A DNA stretch of 64,000 nucleotides from an uncultured beta proteobacterium (GCA_963735025.1 CAVTJG010000009.1:744122-808121); one strand, 5' to 3'; positions 1-10,683 are shown, numbered from the stretch's first letter. Made by a program: numbers and translations. The notes: generated by a model from the letters alone, not told the origin.

Positions 1-690
1 CGCAACGTGGCACGGGATGATTTCCGGCATCCGAGCGAAGTACTCGCGTTCTTCGGCATCGACGATGGCAGCACGGTCGTCGAGATCCTGCCAGGTAGCA
101 GCGGCTATTACATGGAGATACTCGCGCCTTACCTGAAGGAGAAGGGTCGCTATGTCGCGGCGAGTCGCGACGCTGCCGCTCCGCCGCAGTATCTAGCCGA
201 CCACCAGAAGCTGCTCGCCCGGCTCAAGGCGGAACCCGCGTTGTACGGGAGAGTCGTCGTCACCGAATTCAACGCCGACCGACACGAGATCGCGCCGCCG
301 GGCAGCGCCGATTTCGTGCTCACCTTCCGTAACCTGCACAACTGGATCGAGCGGCACGAGATCGAAGGTGCGCTCCGCGCTTTCCACAAGGCGCTGAAGC
401 CGGGCGGCGTGCTTGGAGTCGTCGATCATCGCGGCCGTACGGACGTGCCCCAGGCGGCACAAATGAAATCCGGCTATGTTCGTGAAGACGTCGCGATTGC
501 GCTGATCGAATCGGCCGGATTCAAGCTGGTCGGTACGTCCGAAGCCAACGCGAATCCGAAGGACACCAAGGACTATCCGGCGGGCGTGTGGACGCTGCCG
601 CCGACCTATCGCCTGAAGGGCCAGGATCGCGCGAAGTACGAAGCCATTGGCGAGAGCGACCGGTTCACTCTGAAGTTCGTGAAGCAGTGA
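1..690 (+). CDS. class I SAM-dependent methyltransferase, 5' end probably outside the window
   Basis: ORF track 7..690, with the frame open back to base 1. It has a glycine-rich AdoMet-type motif (VVEILPGSSGYY) and later LKPGGVLGVVDH. Members of this small methyltransferase family usually carry an N-terminal signal peptide. None is present here, so the gene is probably truncated by the window edge. Confidence 0.7.
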   Translation, partial: RNVARDDFRHPSEVLAFFGIDDGSTVVEILPGSSGYYMEILAPYLKEKGRYVAASRDAAAPPQYLADHQKLLARLKAEPALYGRVVVTEFNADRHEIAPPGSADFVLTFRNLHNWIERHEIEGALRAFHKALKPGGVLGVVDHRGRTDVPQAAQMKSGYVREDVAIALIESAGFKLVGTSEANANPKDTKDYPAGVWTLPPTYRLKGQDRAKYEAIGESDRFTLKFVKQ

Positions 691-739
691 CGGCCGGGAT
701 GTCCGCCGCGACCTCGAGCCCTCTATCGGACCGGCGTCC

Positions 740-1411
740 ATGACGCAGCGAATCGAGGGCCCGACGCGGGACGAGATGGCCCTGCTGGAGCCGTTCACGG
801 GACTGACCATCGACAGGATCTTCGTCCCATCCACGCAAGCCGAGATCGACCACGCTGCCGCGGAACTGGCTGCCGCCCGGTTCGTCGGTTTCGATACCGA
901 GTCGAAACCGACCTTCGCGAAAGGTGAGGTCTCTGACGGACCGCACACGGTGCAGTTCGCGACGCTGGAGAAGGCGTACGTGTTTCAGCTCCACCGCACG
1001 GCGTGCCACTCGGCGGTGAGCGCCATCCTGACCTCGACCGACATCGTCAAGGTCGGTTTCGGCCTTCGGTCCGAGCAGGACCAATTGCCGAGGAAGCTGG
1101 GCGTTCACCCTCGAGCGATTCTCGATTTGTGTGCGGTATTTCGCCGCCAGGGTTACCGCAAGATGATCGGCGTCAAGACCGCAGTCGCCGTCGTGTTCAA
1201 GCAGAAGTTTCAGAAGTCGAAGCGCGTGACGACGTCCAACTGGGCGCGCCATGAGCTTGCGGCGAATCAGTTGCTGTACGCTGCCAATGACGCCTATGCC
1301 GCAGTGAAGGTGCTCGACGCGCTTGGCCTGAGCGAAGCCGACCTTCCGATCACGGACCGAAGCCTTCCATCGAGCGGGCTCGACCGCATCGACCCTCACC
1401 CCAACACCTAG
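740..1411 (+). CDS. 3'-5' exonuclease domain protein (DnaQ/RNase D-like)
   Basis: 223-aa ORF with an ExoI-like FVGFDTESKP motif and an ExoIII-like YAANDAYAAVKV (YxxxD) motif. Confidence 0.75.
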   Translation: MTQRIEGPTRDEMALLEPFTGLTIDRIFVPSTQAEIDHAAAELAAARFVGFDTESKPTFAKGEVSDGPHTVQFATLEKAYVFQLHRTACHSAVSAILTSTDIVKVGFGLRSEQDQLPRKLGVHPRAILDLCAVFRRQGYRKMIGVKTAVAVVFKQKFQKSKRVTTSNWARHELAANQLLYAANDAYAAVKVLDALGLSEADLPITDRSLPSSGLDRIDPHPNT

Positions 1412-1418
1412 GATCAGC

Positions 1419-2279
1419 ATGGCAAGCGGGGTGCCCTATGCGTTGCTCACGCTCTTCTGCTTCGGCCTGAACGATCTGCTCTTCAAGCGTGCGGCGCAGC
1501 ACGGTGCGGCCTCGCATCAGATGATGATGGTGTTGACGCTGACCATGCTGCCATTCTTCGTGGCTTACGGCGTGCTGACGCAGTCGGTCGTCCCGGACCC
1601 TTCGGCGCTCTGGGGTTCGCTGGGCGGACTGTTCGCGTTTTCGGCTTCTACAATTTCTCCCGGAGCCTGAGCTCGGGCGCGGTGAGCGTGCTGTCGCCGA
1701 TCTTCCGGCTCCAGTTCGTCGTCACCGCCGTCCTCGCTCTGGTGTTTCTCGGCGAATATCCGTCGGTGGTCAAGATCGGGGGACTGTTGCTGGCGATCGC
1801 CGCGGTTTGGCTGCTGCAGGGAAGCGCCGCCGGCGCGAAAGTGGAAGTTCCGCGTGAGGCCATCGCACGCGTGCTGCTGGCGACGGTCGCGGTGGGGATC
1901 GCGTTCTTCCTCTTCAAGTTGGCATTGCGGCAAGGCGCCACACCCGCCTCGGTGCTGCTGTGCCAGGTGGTCGCGCTGTCGTCGGCCTCGACGGCATTGT
2001 CGGTGTATCTCGATCGCGGGTCTCGCGGCCTCGCGTGCCGTATTACGCTACGGCATCCCGTTCGGCGTATCGCAAGCAATTGGCTTCGGTGCGCTCATCG
2101 AGGGGCTGGCGATCGGCGAGGCGAGCATCCTGGTGCCGATCGCGCAGTTGTCGTTCGTCATCACCGCGATAGTCGGTCTCACGTTCCTCAAGGAGGCGGT
2201 GACCACACGCAAGATGGCGGGTCTCGCAGCAGCGGTGGCCGCAGTGGTACTACTTGCGCTGGCGGCGAGACTGCCTTGA
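1419..2279 (+). pseudogene. EamA/DMT-family transporter interrupted by two frameshifts (or assembly indels)
   Basis: Three ORF pieces read as one hydrophobic roughly 287-aa DMT protein: 1419..1670, 1682..~2010 and ~2020..2279. The first break is at the T4 run near 1638-1641 (GGLFAF then GFYNFSRSLSSGAVSVLSPIF in the -1 frame). The second lies between LSVYL and AASRAVLRYGIPFGVSQAIGF. Confidence 0.7.
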
Positions 2280-2330
2280 CGGTCGATATTCGGCGCGCAA
2301 CGTGGCGCATGACGTCTACTTGAGGAGGCG

Positions 2331-2530
2331 ATGCATGGATCTGGGGCCGCGTCGGCGAAAGGCACAGCCGACTTCGAGGAGACGATCGCCGCCCGCTGGG
2401 CTGCGCAGGTACCGGCGCGAAGATTCGGGACTGCCGCGGAATTCGGGCAGACTTGTGCGTTCCTGTGCAGCGCCCATGCGGGGTACATCACGGGTCAGAG
2501 CATCCTGATGGATGGCGGGATTTTTTCCCG
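2331..2530 (+). pseudogene. C-terminal remnant of a short-chain dehydrogenase/reductase (SDR)
   Basis: ORF 2331..2627 encodes only an SDR C-terminal signature (PARRFGTAAEFGQTCAFLCSAHAGYITGQSILMDGG). There is no Rossmann TGxxxGxG motif or catalytic YxxxK region upstream, and its tail overlaps the start of the cupin gene. Confidence 0.5.
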
Positions 2531-2608
2531 GCGCGTATTGAAGCGGTTCGCGCAGCGGGATGTTCGAAGAAACTTGCGTGCCCGGATATGTATTGAAAGG
2601 AGTGACGA

Positions 2609-2941
2609 ATGGAATTGCCCGAAATGATCACACGCCTGCCCGAGGCCGAACTGCCGATTCCTCCGTCCAAGGTGAAAACGCACGTGCTGCCGTCGGACCG
2701 CGGGCAACTCGTCTTCTTTCAGGTCCTGGAGGACGTAGAAATCCCCCCGCATTCGCACAAGGCCCAGTGGGGTACGGTCCTCGAGGGCGAGGTGGAAGTG
2801 ACGATCGGGGGCGAAGCGCGCGTCTACAAGCCTGGCACCACGTACTTCATCCCGAGCGGAGTCGTGCACAGCGCCAAGGCACGTGCCGGCGCGAAGATCA
2901 TGGACCTCTTCGAGGAGCCCGATCGCTACCCGATCAAGTGA
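2609..2941 (+). CDS. cupin domain protein
   Basis: 110-aa ORF with a cupin-type metal motif context (PPHSHKAQWGTVLEGEV ... YFIPSGVVHSA). Confidence 0.75.
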   Translation: MELPEMITRLPEAELPIPPSKVKTHVLPSDRGQLVFFQVLEDVEIPPHSHKAQWGTVLEGEVEVTIGGEARVYKPGTTYFIPSGVVHSAKARAGAKIMDLFEEPDRYPIK

Positions 2942-2982
2942 ACCCGATCAAGTGAGAGACTCGCATGGGGAAGGGGTCGTAG

Positions 2983-3372
2983 ATGACCACGCACACCGGC
3001 GGATGTCATTGCGGGAAAGTGCGCTTCGAGGTCGACGCACCGGAAGATCTGAGAGTTTCGGAATGCAACTGCTCGATCTGCGGCAAGTCCGGATACCTCG
3101 GCGTGATCGTTCCAAAGGAGCGCTTCCGGCTGATCTCCGGCGCGGAGAGCCTGACGACCTACCAGTTCAATACGGGCGTGGCACGGCATCTCTTCTGCCG
3201 GCACTGTGGAATCAAGTCGTTCTACGCTCCGCGCTCGCACCCCGATGGAATCAGCGTCAATGCGCGGTGCATCGACCCGGGCACGGTGAAAAGCATGGAC
3301 GTCCGGCCGTTCAACGGCCAGGAGTGGGAAAAGCAGCTTCCGGCCGGGCGCGCGCTGTCGTTTCCGAATTGA
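2983..3372 (+). CDS. GFA family protein (glutathione-dependent formaldehyde-activating / CENP-V-like)
   Basis: 129-aa ORF with zinc-cysteine clusters typical of GFA: GGCHCGKVRF, CNCSICGK and FCRHCG. Confidence 0.85.
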   Translation: MTTHTGGCHCGKVRFEVDAPEDLRVSECNCSICGKSGYLGVIVPKERFRLISGAESLTTYQFNTGVARHLFCRHCGIKSFYAPRSHPDGISVNARCIDPGTVKSMDVRPFNGQEWEKQLPAGRALSFPN

Positions 3373-3427
3373 CGGCTCGCGGGCGAGCCGCAACAGCGAC
3401 TATGCCCTGGGGAAGCTCTGCAGCAGT

Positions 3428-3505
3428 CCGTCATTCCCGCGAATGCGGGAATTCGGTCGGAGCCCTCTAAATGCGTTACTGGATCCCCGCTTGCGCGTGG
3501 ATGAC
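3428..3505. repeat. inverted pair of REP-like palindromic elements
   Basis: ccgtcattcccgcgaatgcgggaattcgg (3428-3456) and ctggatccccgcttgcgcgtggatgac (3479-3505) are opposite-orientation copies of the GTCATCCCCGCGCAGGCGGGGAYCCAG family. The same family recurs at 4831, 9329 and 40549. Confidence 0.7.
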
Positions 3506-3520
3506 CTGATCAGAGGTTGC

Positions 3521-4573
3521 CTAGACGCTGCGGTTGAACCACAGTAGAGAAAGCAATGCAGCCGCAATCGCAAAGATAGCCGCCGCAGCGACGAAAAGCG
3601 CCGAGATCTCGGTCTCCTTGCGCTCCAGCACGAGCGACGAGTTGAGGTTCTGGTAGACCTTGCGCAGGTCATCCGCCGATCCGGCGTAATAGTATTCGCC
3701 GCGCGTGACCTCCGCGATCTGCTTCAGCGTCTCTTCGTCGAAGCGCACGTAGATGGACCACCCTTCGAAGCCGACTTCGCCGCCCGCTGCCGTGCCGAAC
3801 CCCACCGTGTAGATTCGAACGCCCCGCTCGGCCGCCATCTTGGCGGTCTCGATGGGATTCGGACCGGTGGTGGCCCGACCGTCGGTGAGGAGGATGATGG
3901 CGGCCGAAGGGTGGGATCCAGGCGGCACCGGCTTGAAGGGCTTCTGCTGCGGCTTGCCTGGCCGGTCGATCGCCACGCCGCGTCCCCCGTCCCGCGAAGC
4001 CCCCCGGAAGAGGAACGGCTCCAGGTCGATGCCGTCGTCCGGAAACAGAGCCGCCAGGGAAACAATGATGCCGCTGCCGATGGCGGTGTGACGCTGCAGC
4101 TCGAACCGGTCGATGGCCCCGATCAGGTCTTCGCGGTTGCGGGTCGGCGTCTGCACGACCGACGCCGTGCCGGCGAACGACACGATGCCGATGCGGACGT
4201 CCGAGGGCTGCTCCATGACGAAGGCCTTCGCCGCGGTCTGCGCGGCTTCCAGCCGGCTCGGCTCCACATCCCGGGCGCGCATGCTGAGTGACACGTCCAT
4301 GGCGAGAATGATCGTGCGCTGCTCGGAGGGCAGGGTGATGACGGCATTGGGGCGGGCGCTGGCCACGATCCCCGCGATGATGGCCAGCAGGAAGAGCAGC
4401 GGCGGGATATGACGCCTGTAACGCTGCCACGGACCCATCGCCTCGCGGACGAGATCCACGCTGGTGTAGCGTATGGCGACACGCTTCTTGCGGCGCAGCA
4501 GCAGGACATACAAGGCGACAAGCACCGGCACGCCGAGCAGCAGCCAAAGTACGCCTGACCACAAAAACGTCAT
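3521..4573 (-). CDS. VWA domain-containing membrane protein (BatA-like)
   Basis: ORF 3521..4630, with the likely start at ATG 4573 (MTFLWSGVLWLLLGVPVL, an N-terminal TM segment). It has the MIDAS motif in ILAMDVSLSM and a C-terminal TM segment. Confidence 0.8.
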   Translation of the reverse strand: MTFLWSGVLWLLLGVPVLVALYVLLLRRKKRVAIRYTSVDLVREAMGPWQRYRRHIPPLLFLLAIIAGIVASARPNAVITLPSEQRTIILAMDVSLSMRARDVEPSRLEAAQTAAKAFVMEQPSDVRIGIVSFAGTASVVQTPTRNREDLIGAIDRFELQRHTAIGSGIIVSLAALFPDDGIDLEPFLFRGASRDGGRGVAIDRPGKPQQKPFKPVPPGSHPSAAIILLTDGRATTGPNPIETAKMAAERGVRIYTVGFGTAAGGEVGFEGWSIYVRFDEETLKQIAEVTRGEYYYAGSADDLRKVYQNLNSSLVLERKETEISALFVAAAAIFAIAAALLSLLWFNRSV

Positions 4574-4830
4574 GGGATCTCTCCCGGAAACACGCACCCG
4601 CCAAAGCGCAATACTGCTCCGCTTCGGCAATCTCCGTCGCCTCGCGGACTCCCAAATTCAGCATACGTCAGCGGAACGACGCCCGCTCACTTTAGCACCG
4701 ACCGGCGGATTCGTACGCGTGACTTTGTGTCGGCCGGCGACGTTCGAAATCGCCAATTCCTGCTGGAAACCCTACACGGCGGCCAACGGCCGGCACTGGC
4801 CGTAGATACGGCTGAGGAAAGTCTGATTTA

Positions 4831-4908
4831 GTCATCCCCGCGCAAGCGGGGATCCAGGAAGGCTACGAGTGGGTTCAGTCTGGTTTCACGCATTCGCGCG
4901 AATGACGG
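4831..4908. repeat. inverted pair of REP-like palindromic elements
   Basis: gtcatccccgcgcaagcggggatccag (4831-4857) plus the inverted variant cacgcattcgcgcgaatgacgg (4887-4908). Confidence 0.65.
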
Positions 4909-4925
4909 ACCTCTGCAATGCTTTC

Positions 4926-5747
4926 TTAAGCCTCGTGCAGGATGCCGTGAACGATGTAGCCGCCCGACTTGTTGTCGCGCTCGAGATCGAGCAGCTTGCG
5001 GCTCTGCGCCTCCTCGAGAAGCTTGGAGAACGACCGGAAGCCGTAGTAGGACTCGGTGAAGCCCGGCATCCGACGCTTGATCGCCTGCTTCACCGCCGAG
5101 CCCCAGAGCTTCTCGTCGCCAGTCCGCTCGCCGAGCAGCTCCTCGGCGGTCTTCACCACGAGTTCCATCGCTTCCTCGGGCTTGCCGGCTTCCTCCTTCG
5201 GCGGCGCTTTCTTGTCGGTGTCGCCGCTCTTGGCCGGCTCCTTGCGGCGCGACCGCCGCTGCACCTTCTCGTCGCGCACCAGGTCGTCGTAATAGATGAA
5301 CTCGTCGCAGTTGGACATCAGGAGGTCCGAGGTCGAATTCTTCACTCCGACGCCGATCACCTCCTTGTTGTTCTCGCGCAGCTTGGAGACGAGCGGCGAG
5401 AAATCCGAGTCGCCGCTGATGATGACGAACGTGTCGACGTGCGGCTTGGTGTAGCAGAGGTCGAGCGCGTCGACCACCATCCGGATATCGGCCGAGTTCT
5501 TGCCCGACTGGCGAACGTGCGGCACTTCCACGAGCTCGAACGCGGCCTGGTGCATGGCGCTCTTGAACTCCTTGTAGCGCTCCCAGTCGCAATAGGCGCG
5601 TTTGACGACGATGCTGCCCTTGAGCAACAGCCGTTCGAGAACGCGACCAATGTCGAACTTGTCGTACTTCGCCTCGCGCACCCCGAGCGCGATGTTCTCG
5701 AAGTCGCAGAAGAGTGCCATGTTGTTGTCTTCGGCCTGATTTGGCAT
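4926..5747 (-). CDS. NYN (LabA-like) domain protein with C-terminal OST-HTH/LOTUS-like domain
   Basis: ORF 4926..6002, with the likely start at ATG 5747 (MPNQAEDNNMALFCDFENI). NYN signatures are present: ALFCDFENI, KNSADIRMVVDA and FVIISGDSDFSPLV. A Lys/Glu-rich linker is followed by a C-terminal helical domain (LWGSAVKQAIKRRMPGFTESYYGFRSFSKLL). Confidence 0.8.
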   Translation of the reverse strand: MPNQAEDNNMALFCDFENIALGVREAKYDKFDIGRVLERLLLKGSIVVKRAYCDWERYKEFKSAMHQAAFELVEVPHVRQSGKNSADIRMVVDALDLCYTKPHVDTFVIISGDSDFSPLVSKLRENNKEVIGVGVKNSTSDLLMSNCDEFIYYDDLVRDEKVQRRSRRKEPAKSGDTDKKAPPKEEAGKPEEAMELVVKTAEELLGERTGDEKLWGSAVKQAIKRRMPGFTESYYGFRSFSKLLEEAQSRKLLDLERDNKSGGYIVHGILHEA

Positions 5748-5853
5748 GCGCAGTGCTTTGTCCTTGTGCGGGTCGGCTTGGCCGGCCACGGAATTGCGAA
5801 TATCCCGATTATCCGCGCAATCGTTCCGGACCGCAGTAGGCGTGCGTGCGCTG

Positions 5854-7173
5854 TCAGCGTGCCGGATCGTCCGCCAGCGCCGCCCGCCGCCCGCGCTCGA
5901 CATCGATGCCCGCGAGGAGGGCGAGGCCGACGACGAAGAACACTCCGGTGACCAGGATCGCGAGACGATGGTCGCCGTGGGACAGCCACGACACCAGGCC
6001 ATAGCTCACTGGTCCGATGATCGCCGAGAGCTTGACGGCAAAGCCCCATAGCCCGAAGAACTCCCCGCGGCGCGCTTCCGGGCTCAGGTAACCGACCAGC
6101 GCGCGCGCCGCCGATTGGGACGCGCCGAGCGCGAACCCCGCCAGATTCGCCGCCACCCAGAAAAGCGCGCGTCCTTCGGCCAGCCACGCGCAAAGGATCG
6201 TCGCAATCCAGATCAGGAGCGTGAGTGTCAGGGTGCGCACGTGTCCGAGGCGGTCCTGCACCTGCCCAAAACCGAATGCGCCGATCGCCGCGGTGACATT
6301 GACCGCGAGAATCATCGTGATGGTGTCGGGGGTGCTGAATCCCAGCGCCTCCTGGGCATAGATTGCGGCCAGCGCCACGACGGTCTGCACGCCGGCCTGA
6401 TACACAGTCACGCACACGAGAAAGCGCGCGAGATCGCGGTACCGCGCGGCGTTCCGCAGCGTGTGTCCGAGACGCAAGAACGAATCCCTGACGTACCGAT
6501 GGCTGGGATCCACAGGCTGGGGGACGGCCCGTTCGCGAAGGATGAGAAACGTCGGCAGCGCCGCCACGGCGAAGAACGCCGCCGTGATGAGCATCGTGAC
6601 GGGCACGTACTCGGTTGCGGCCTGCCCCTTGCCCTCGGCCCACGTGACATAGGCGAGGCACAGCCCGAGGGCTAGAAGTCCCCCGAGGTAGCCGAGGGCC
6701 CAGCCCCAGCCGGAAACCGTGCCGAGCGACTCGCTGTCGGCGACCTCGGGCAGGAAGGCTGCGATCAGGTTCTCACCGGTGCCGAAGAAGTAGTTCGATG
6801 CCACAACCAGTGCCATCGCCAGCAGAAGACTCGACGGGCCCGTGAGCGCGAGCGCGGCCGTGAACGCGACGCAGCCCACGGTGGTGACCGCCAGCAGCTT
6901 CTTCTTCGCGGCCCGCAGATCCGCGTAGGCCCCGATCACCGGCGCGGTGAGCATGATGAGCAGGTAGGACACCGCGAGCGCTCCCGTCCACGCCAGCGTC
7001 GCCCAGGACGCCCGGTTCGCCACGACCCCGACGAAGTAGGCGTTGTACACGGCGGTGATGACAACGGTCGTGTAGCCGGAATTGGCGAAGTCGTACATCG
7101 CCCACGCGAGCACTTCGCGCGGACGCACGCCAGGAGCGAGCCGCCTGCGCTTCGTCGGAATGGTGGGATTCAC
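5854..7173 (-). CDS. MFS transporter (UMF1/Atg22-like family)
   Basis: 439-aa polytopic ORF with an N-terminal WAMYDFANSGYTTVV motif characteristic of the UMF1 group. Confidence 0.8.
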   Translation of the reverse strand: MNPTIPTKRRRLAPGVRPREVLAWAMYDFANSGYTTVVITAVYNAYFVGVVANRASWATLAWTGALAVSYLLIMLTAPVIGAYADLRAAKKKLLAVTTVGCVAFTAALALTGPSSLLLAMALVVASNYFFGTGENLIAAFLPEVADSESLGTVSGWGWALGYLGGLLALGLCLAYVTWAEGKGQAATEYVPVTMLITAAFFAVAALPTFLILRERAVPQPVDPSHRYVRDSFLRLGHTLRNAARYRDLARFLVCVTVYQAGVQTVVALAAIYAQEALGFSTPDTITMILAVNVTAAIGAFGFGQVQDRLGHVRTLTLTLLIWIATILCAWLAEGRALFWVAANLAGFALGASQSAARALVGYLSPEARRGEFFGLWGFAVKLSAIIGPVSYGLVSWLSHGDHRLAILVTGVFFVVGLALLAGIDVERGRRAALADDPAR

Positions 7174-7338
7174 GCGTATGACATCCGTGTATCGCGATCA
7201 TAACGGGCAAGCTAAAATCTGCGCGACCTGCTGCCGGGCGTGACGCTCTGCACCCGGGGATGCGCGGCGGCATGCCGGCCAGTTCCCGCCAATTGCCGAT
7301 TGATACCCGCTACTCAGCCACCCGGAGCGCGCGAAATC

Positions 7339-8781
7339 ATGCCCGAGACCACCGAGCGCAAGGAACTGGAGGACTTGCAGGAAGACCTGCACGCCGTCCA
7401 GGAACTCCTGTCGCGCCATCGCGTGGTCGAAGGCCTGGTTCATCGGCAGAGCATGCGCAACCAGGACGTCGTCGAGCAGCTCGTGCACCGGCAGCATCTC
7501 GCGGAGCTGCACCGCAAGCTGGACGGCATGCATCCCGCGGACATCGCCTTCATCCTCGAGGCGTTGCCGCTCGAGGAACGGCTCGTCGTCTGGGATCTCG
7601 TCAAGGCGGACCGCGACGGCGAGATCCTGCTCGAAGTCTCCGATGCGGTTCGCGAGTCGCTCATCGAGAGCATGGACTCGCAGGAGCTGCTCGCGGCCGC
7701 CGAGCATCTCGATGCGGACGAGATTGCCGACCTCGCGCGCGATCTGCCGGAGGAGGTGTTGCGGGGCGTGATCAACGCGCTTCCGGTCGAGGAGCAGGCG
7801 GCGTTGCGCACCGCGATGGCCTCCAAGGAGGGCACGGTCGGCGCGATCATGGATTTCGAGGAGATCACCGTCCGCGAGGACGTGACGCTGGAGGTGGTGA
7901 CGCGCTACCTGCGCCGCTACGAGGAGCTGCCCGATCACACCGACCAGCTCTTCGTGGTGGATCGCTCACGCCATCTGCGGGGCGTCCTGCCGATCTCCAA
8001 GCTTGTTGTCACCGACCTCGAGGAGATGGTCGGCGCCGCGATGAACAAGGATTTCGTCACGCTCTACCCGGACGACAAGGCCCAGGACGCGGCGCAGGCG
8101 TTCGAGCGCTACGACCTCGTCACCGCCGCGGTGATCGGTCGGGACGGCAAGCTGCTCGGCCGCGTCACCGTCGACGCGGTGGTGGACTTCATCCGCGAGC
8201 ACAGTGAAGCGCAGAACCTCGCGAAAGCGGGCCTGCGCGAGAGCGAGGACGTGTTCGCGTCCGTCTGGGACTCGGTGAAGAATCGCTGGGCTTGGCTGGC
8301 GATCAATCTCGTCACCGCATTCATTGCCTCCCGCGTGATCGACGCGTTCGAGGGCTCGATCGCGAAGCTCGTCGCGCTCGCCGCGCTGATGCCGATCGTC
8401 GCCGGCATCGGCGGCAACGCCGGCAACCAGACGATCACGATGATCGTGCGCGCACTGGCGCTCGGCCAGGTCGAAGAGGCGCAGGTGAAGAAGCTCTTTC
8501 GCAAGGAAGCCGCGGTCGCGCTATTCAACGGGTTGCTTTGGGGCGGAGTGCTCGGCGTCGTGTCCTGGCTGCTCTATCACAGCATCGCGCTCGGGGCAGT
8601 GATGACCGCGGCGATGACACTCAATCTCCTCCTTGCCGCCACGCTGGGCGTGGGCATCCCGGTGCTCCTGATGCGGCTCGGACGCGATCCCGCCCTCGGC
8701 TCGTCGGTGATAATCACCGCTTTCACCGATTCCGGCGGCTTCCTGATCTTCCTGGGTCTCGCCACGATCTTTCTGGTCTGA
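7339..8781 (+). CDS. mgtE: magnesium transporter MgtE
   Basis: ORF 7240..8781, with the likely start at ATG 7339 (MPETTERKE). It has the MgtE N domain, tandem CBS region and TM domain with [14 protein letters not shown]. Confidence 0.9.
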   Translation: MPETTERKELEDLQEDLHAVQELLSRHRVVEGLVHRQSMRNQDVVEQLVHRQHLAELHRKLDGMHPADIAFILEALPLEERLVVWDLVKADRDGEILLEVSDAVRESLIESMDSQELLAAAEHLDADEIADLARDLPEEVLRGVINALPVEEQAALRTAMASKEGTVGAIMDFEEITVREDVTLEVVTRYLRRYEELPDHTDQLFVVDRSRHLRGVLPISKLVVTDLEEMVGAAMNKDFVTLYPDDKAQDAAQAFERYDLVTAAVIGRDGKLLGRVTVDAVVDFIREHSEAQNLAKAGLRESEDVFASVWDSVKNRWAWLAINLVTAFIASRVIDAFEGSIAKLVALAALMPIVAGIGGNAGNQTITMIVRALALGQVEEAQVKKLFRKEAAVALFNGLLWGGVLGVVSWLLYHSIALGAVMTAAMTLNLLLAATLGVGIPVLLMRLGRDPALGSSVIITAFTDSGGFLIFLGLATIFLV

Positions 8782-8864
8782 CCGGCGCGCGCGAGATCCG
8801 CTACACTCGTCGCGCCCACCCGAGGGCGCACAGCAGAACTAGTACTCGAAGAAGGAGTCCCGCA

Positions 8865-9290
8865 ATGGCAATCGTTCAGGAATTCAAGGAATTCGCAATC
8901 AAGGGCAACGTCATGGATCTCGCGATCGGCGTGATCATCGGCGGCGCGTTCGGCAAGATCGTGGATTCGGTAGTGAACGATCTCATCATGCCGATCATCG
9001 GGCGCGTCACGGGCGGCCTGGATTTCTCGAACTACTTCCTGGCGCTGAAGGAAGTGCCCGCCGGAACGCCCATGACACTGGATGCGGTGAAAAAAGCCGG
9101 CGTTCCGGTCTTTGCCTACGGCAACTTCGTCACGATCGCGCTCTACTTCGTGATCCTCGCATTCATCATCTTCATGATGGTGAAGTGGATCAACAAGCTG
9201 AAGCGCGAGGCGCCCGCGGCCGCTGCGCCGGCCGCGCCGCCCGAAGAGGTGAAGCTGCTGCGCGAGATTCGCGATTCGTTGAAGAAGTGA
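8865..9290 (+). CDS. mscL: large-conductance mechanosensitive channel MscL
   Basis: The last 141 codons of ORF 8292..9290, starting at ATG 8865: [33 protein letters not shown]... is a canonical MscL N-terminus. Confidence 0.92.
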   Translation: MAIVQEFKEFAIKGNVMDLAIGVIIGGAFGKIVDSVVNDLIMPIIGRVTGGLDFSNYFLALKEVPAGTPMTLDAVKKAGVPVFAYGNFVTIALYFVILAFIIFMMVKWINKLKREAPAAAAPAAPPEEVKLLREIRDSLKK

Positions 9291-9328
9291 CGCGTCGCGC
9301 CCGCGTGGGCGGGCCAGCGCGCGATGTC

Positions 9329-9386
9329 GTCATCCCCGCGCAGGCGGGGACCCAGCGCACTGGAGTCCCGCCTGCGCGGGACTGAC
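9329..9386. repeat. inverted pair of REP-like palindromic elements
   Basis: gtcatccccgcgcaggcggggacccag (9329-9355) and ctggagtcccgcctgcgcgggactgac (9360-9386). The spurious ORF 9185..9385 translates it as VIPAQAGTQ. Confidence 0.75.
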
Positions 9387-9402
9387 GGTCACCGGCGAAG
9401 AG

Positions 9403-10683
9403 TCACTGGTTGCCGAAAACTTCCTCGGCCACGCCGATCGTTTCGGCGATCTCGGTGTCCGTGTGCGCGGCGGACACGAAACCCGCCTCGTAAGCCGAGG
9501 GCGCGAAGTACACGCCCCGGTCCAGCGCGGCGTGGAAGAACCGGTTGAACGCGTCCTTGTCGCTCTCCATGACCTCCGCGAACGAGGTCGGCGGCTGCGC
9601 GCGGAAATAGAGCCCGAACATTCCGCCGGCGCTCTTTGCGGAGAAAGCGATGCCGCGTTTCTTCGCCGCGGCGGAGAGCCCTTCGACCAACGCCCGGGTG
9701 CGCTGGGACAACCGGTCGTAGAACCCCGGTTCCTGCACGATCTTCATGGTCGCGAGCCCGGCCGCCACCGCCACCGGATTGCCCGAGAGCGTGCCGGCCT
9801 GGTACACCGGACCAAGCGGCGCGATGCGCTCCATGATGTCGCGCCGCCCGCCGAATGCGGCGACTGGCATGCCGCCGCCGATCACCTTGCCGAGCGTCGT
9901 GAGATCGGGCGTGATGCCGTAGCGGCCCTGCGCGCACGTGAGCCCCACCCGAAAACCGGTCATCACTTCGTCGAAGATCAGCACCGCGCCGTGCTGCGTG
10001 CAGAGCTCGCGCATGCGCCCGAGGAACTCCGGGGATCCTTCGACGAGATTCATGTTTCCCGCGATCGGTTCGACGATCACGCCGGCGATCTCCTTGGCCA
10101 TCGTCCGGAACGCATTCTCGAGTTGCGCAGTGTCGTTGAACGACAGCACGATCGTCTGGCCGGCGATCTCCGGCGGCACGCCGGCCGAGCTCGGATTGCC
10201 GAATGTGAGCGCGCCCGAGCCCGCTTTCACGAGCAGGCTGTCGCCGTGGCCGTGATAGCAGCCCTCGAACTTGATGATCTTCGGCCGGCCCGTGAATCCG
10301 CGCGCGAGCCGCAGGGCCGTCATGGTCGCCTCGGTGCCCGAGCTCACCAGCCGCACGAGCGCCATGCTCGGAAGCAGCTTGCAGAGCAGCTCCGCCATCT
10401 CGATTTCGGCTTCGGTCGGCGCGCCGTACGAAAGCCCGCGACCCGCGGCCGCCTGTACCGCTTCCACGACCTGCAGCCGCGCATGGCCCACCACCGCGGT
10501 ACCCCACGAGCCCATGTAATCGATGTACCGCTTGCCGTCGGCATCCCAGGTATGGGGGCCTTCGGCGCGCGCGATGAAGCGCGGCGCGCCGCCCACGGCG
10601 CGAAATGCGCGCACCGGTGAATTGACGCCGGCAGGAATGACCCGCTGGGCGCGGTCGAAAAGCGTGTCGTTGCGAGATGTCAT
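9403..10683 (-). CDS. hemL: glutamate-1-semialdehyde 2,1-aminomutase
   Basis: 426-aa ORF with the typical N-terminus ([19 protein letters not shown]) and class III aminotransferase core. Confidence 0.95.
   Translation of the reverse strand: MTSRNDTLFDRAQRVIPAGVNSPVRAFRAVGGAPRFIARAEGPHTWDADGKRYIDYMGSWGTAVVGHARLQVVEAVQAAAGRGLSYGAPTEAEIEMAELLCKLLPSMALVRLVSSGTEATMTALRLARGFTGRPKIIKFEGCYHGHGDSLLVKAGSGALTFGNPSSAGVPPEIAGQTIVLSFNDTAQLENAFRTMAKEIAGVIVEPIAGNMNLVEGSPEFLGRMRELCTQHGAVLIFDEVMTGFRVGLTCAQGRYGITPDLTTLGKVIGGGMPVAAFGGRRDIMERIAPLGPVYQAGTLSGNPVAVAAGLATMKIVQEPGFYDRLSQRTRALVEGLSAAAKKRGIAFSAKSAGGMFGLYFRAQPPTSFAEVMESDKDAFNRFFHAALDRGVYFAPSAYEAGFVSAAHTDTEIAETIGVAEEVFGNQ

Noticed and set aside
9185-9385. 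A 66-aa ORF ending ...VVIPAQAGTQRTGVPPARD. A similar VIPAQAGIQ peptide occurs in ORF 40471..41571.
   Set aside because: These are translations of the REP palindromes, a known source of spurious hypothetical proteins.
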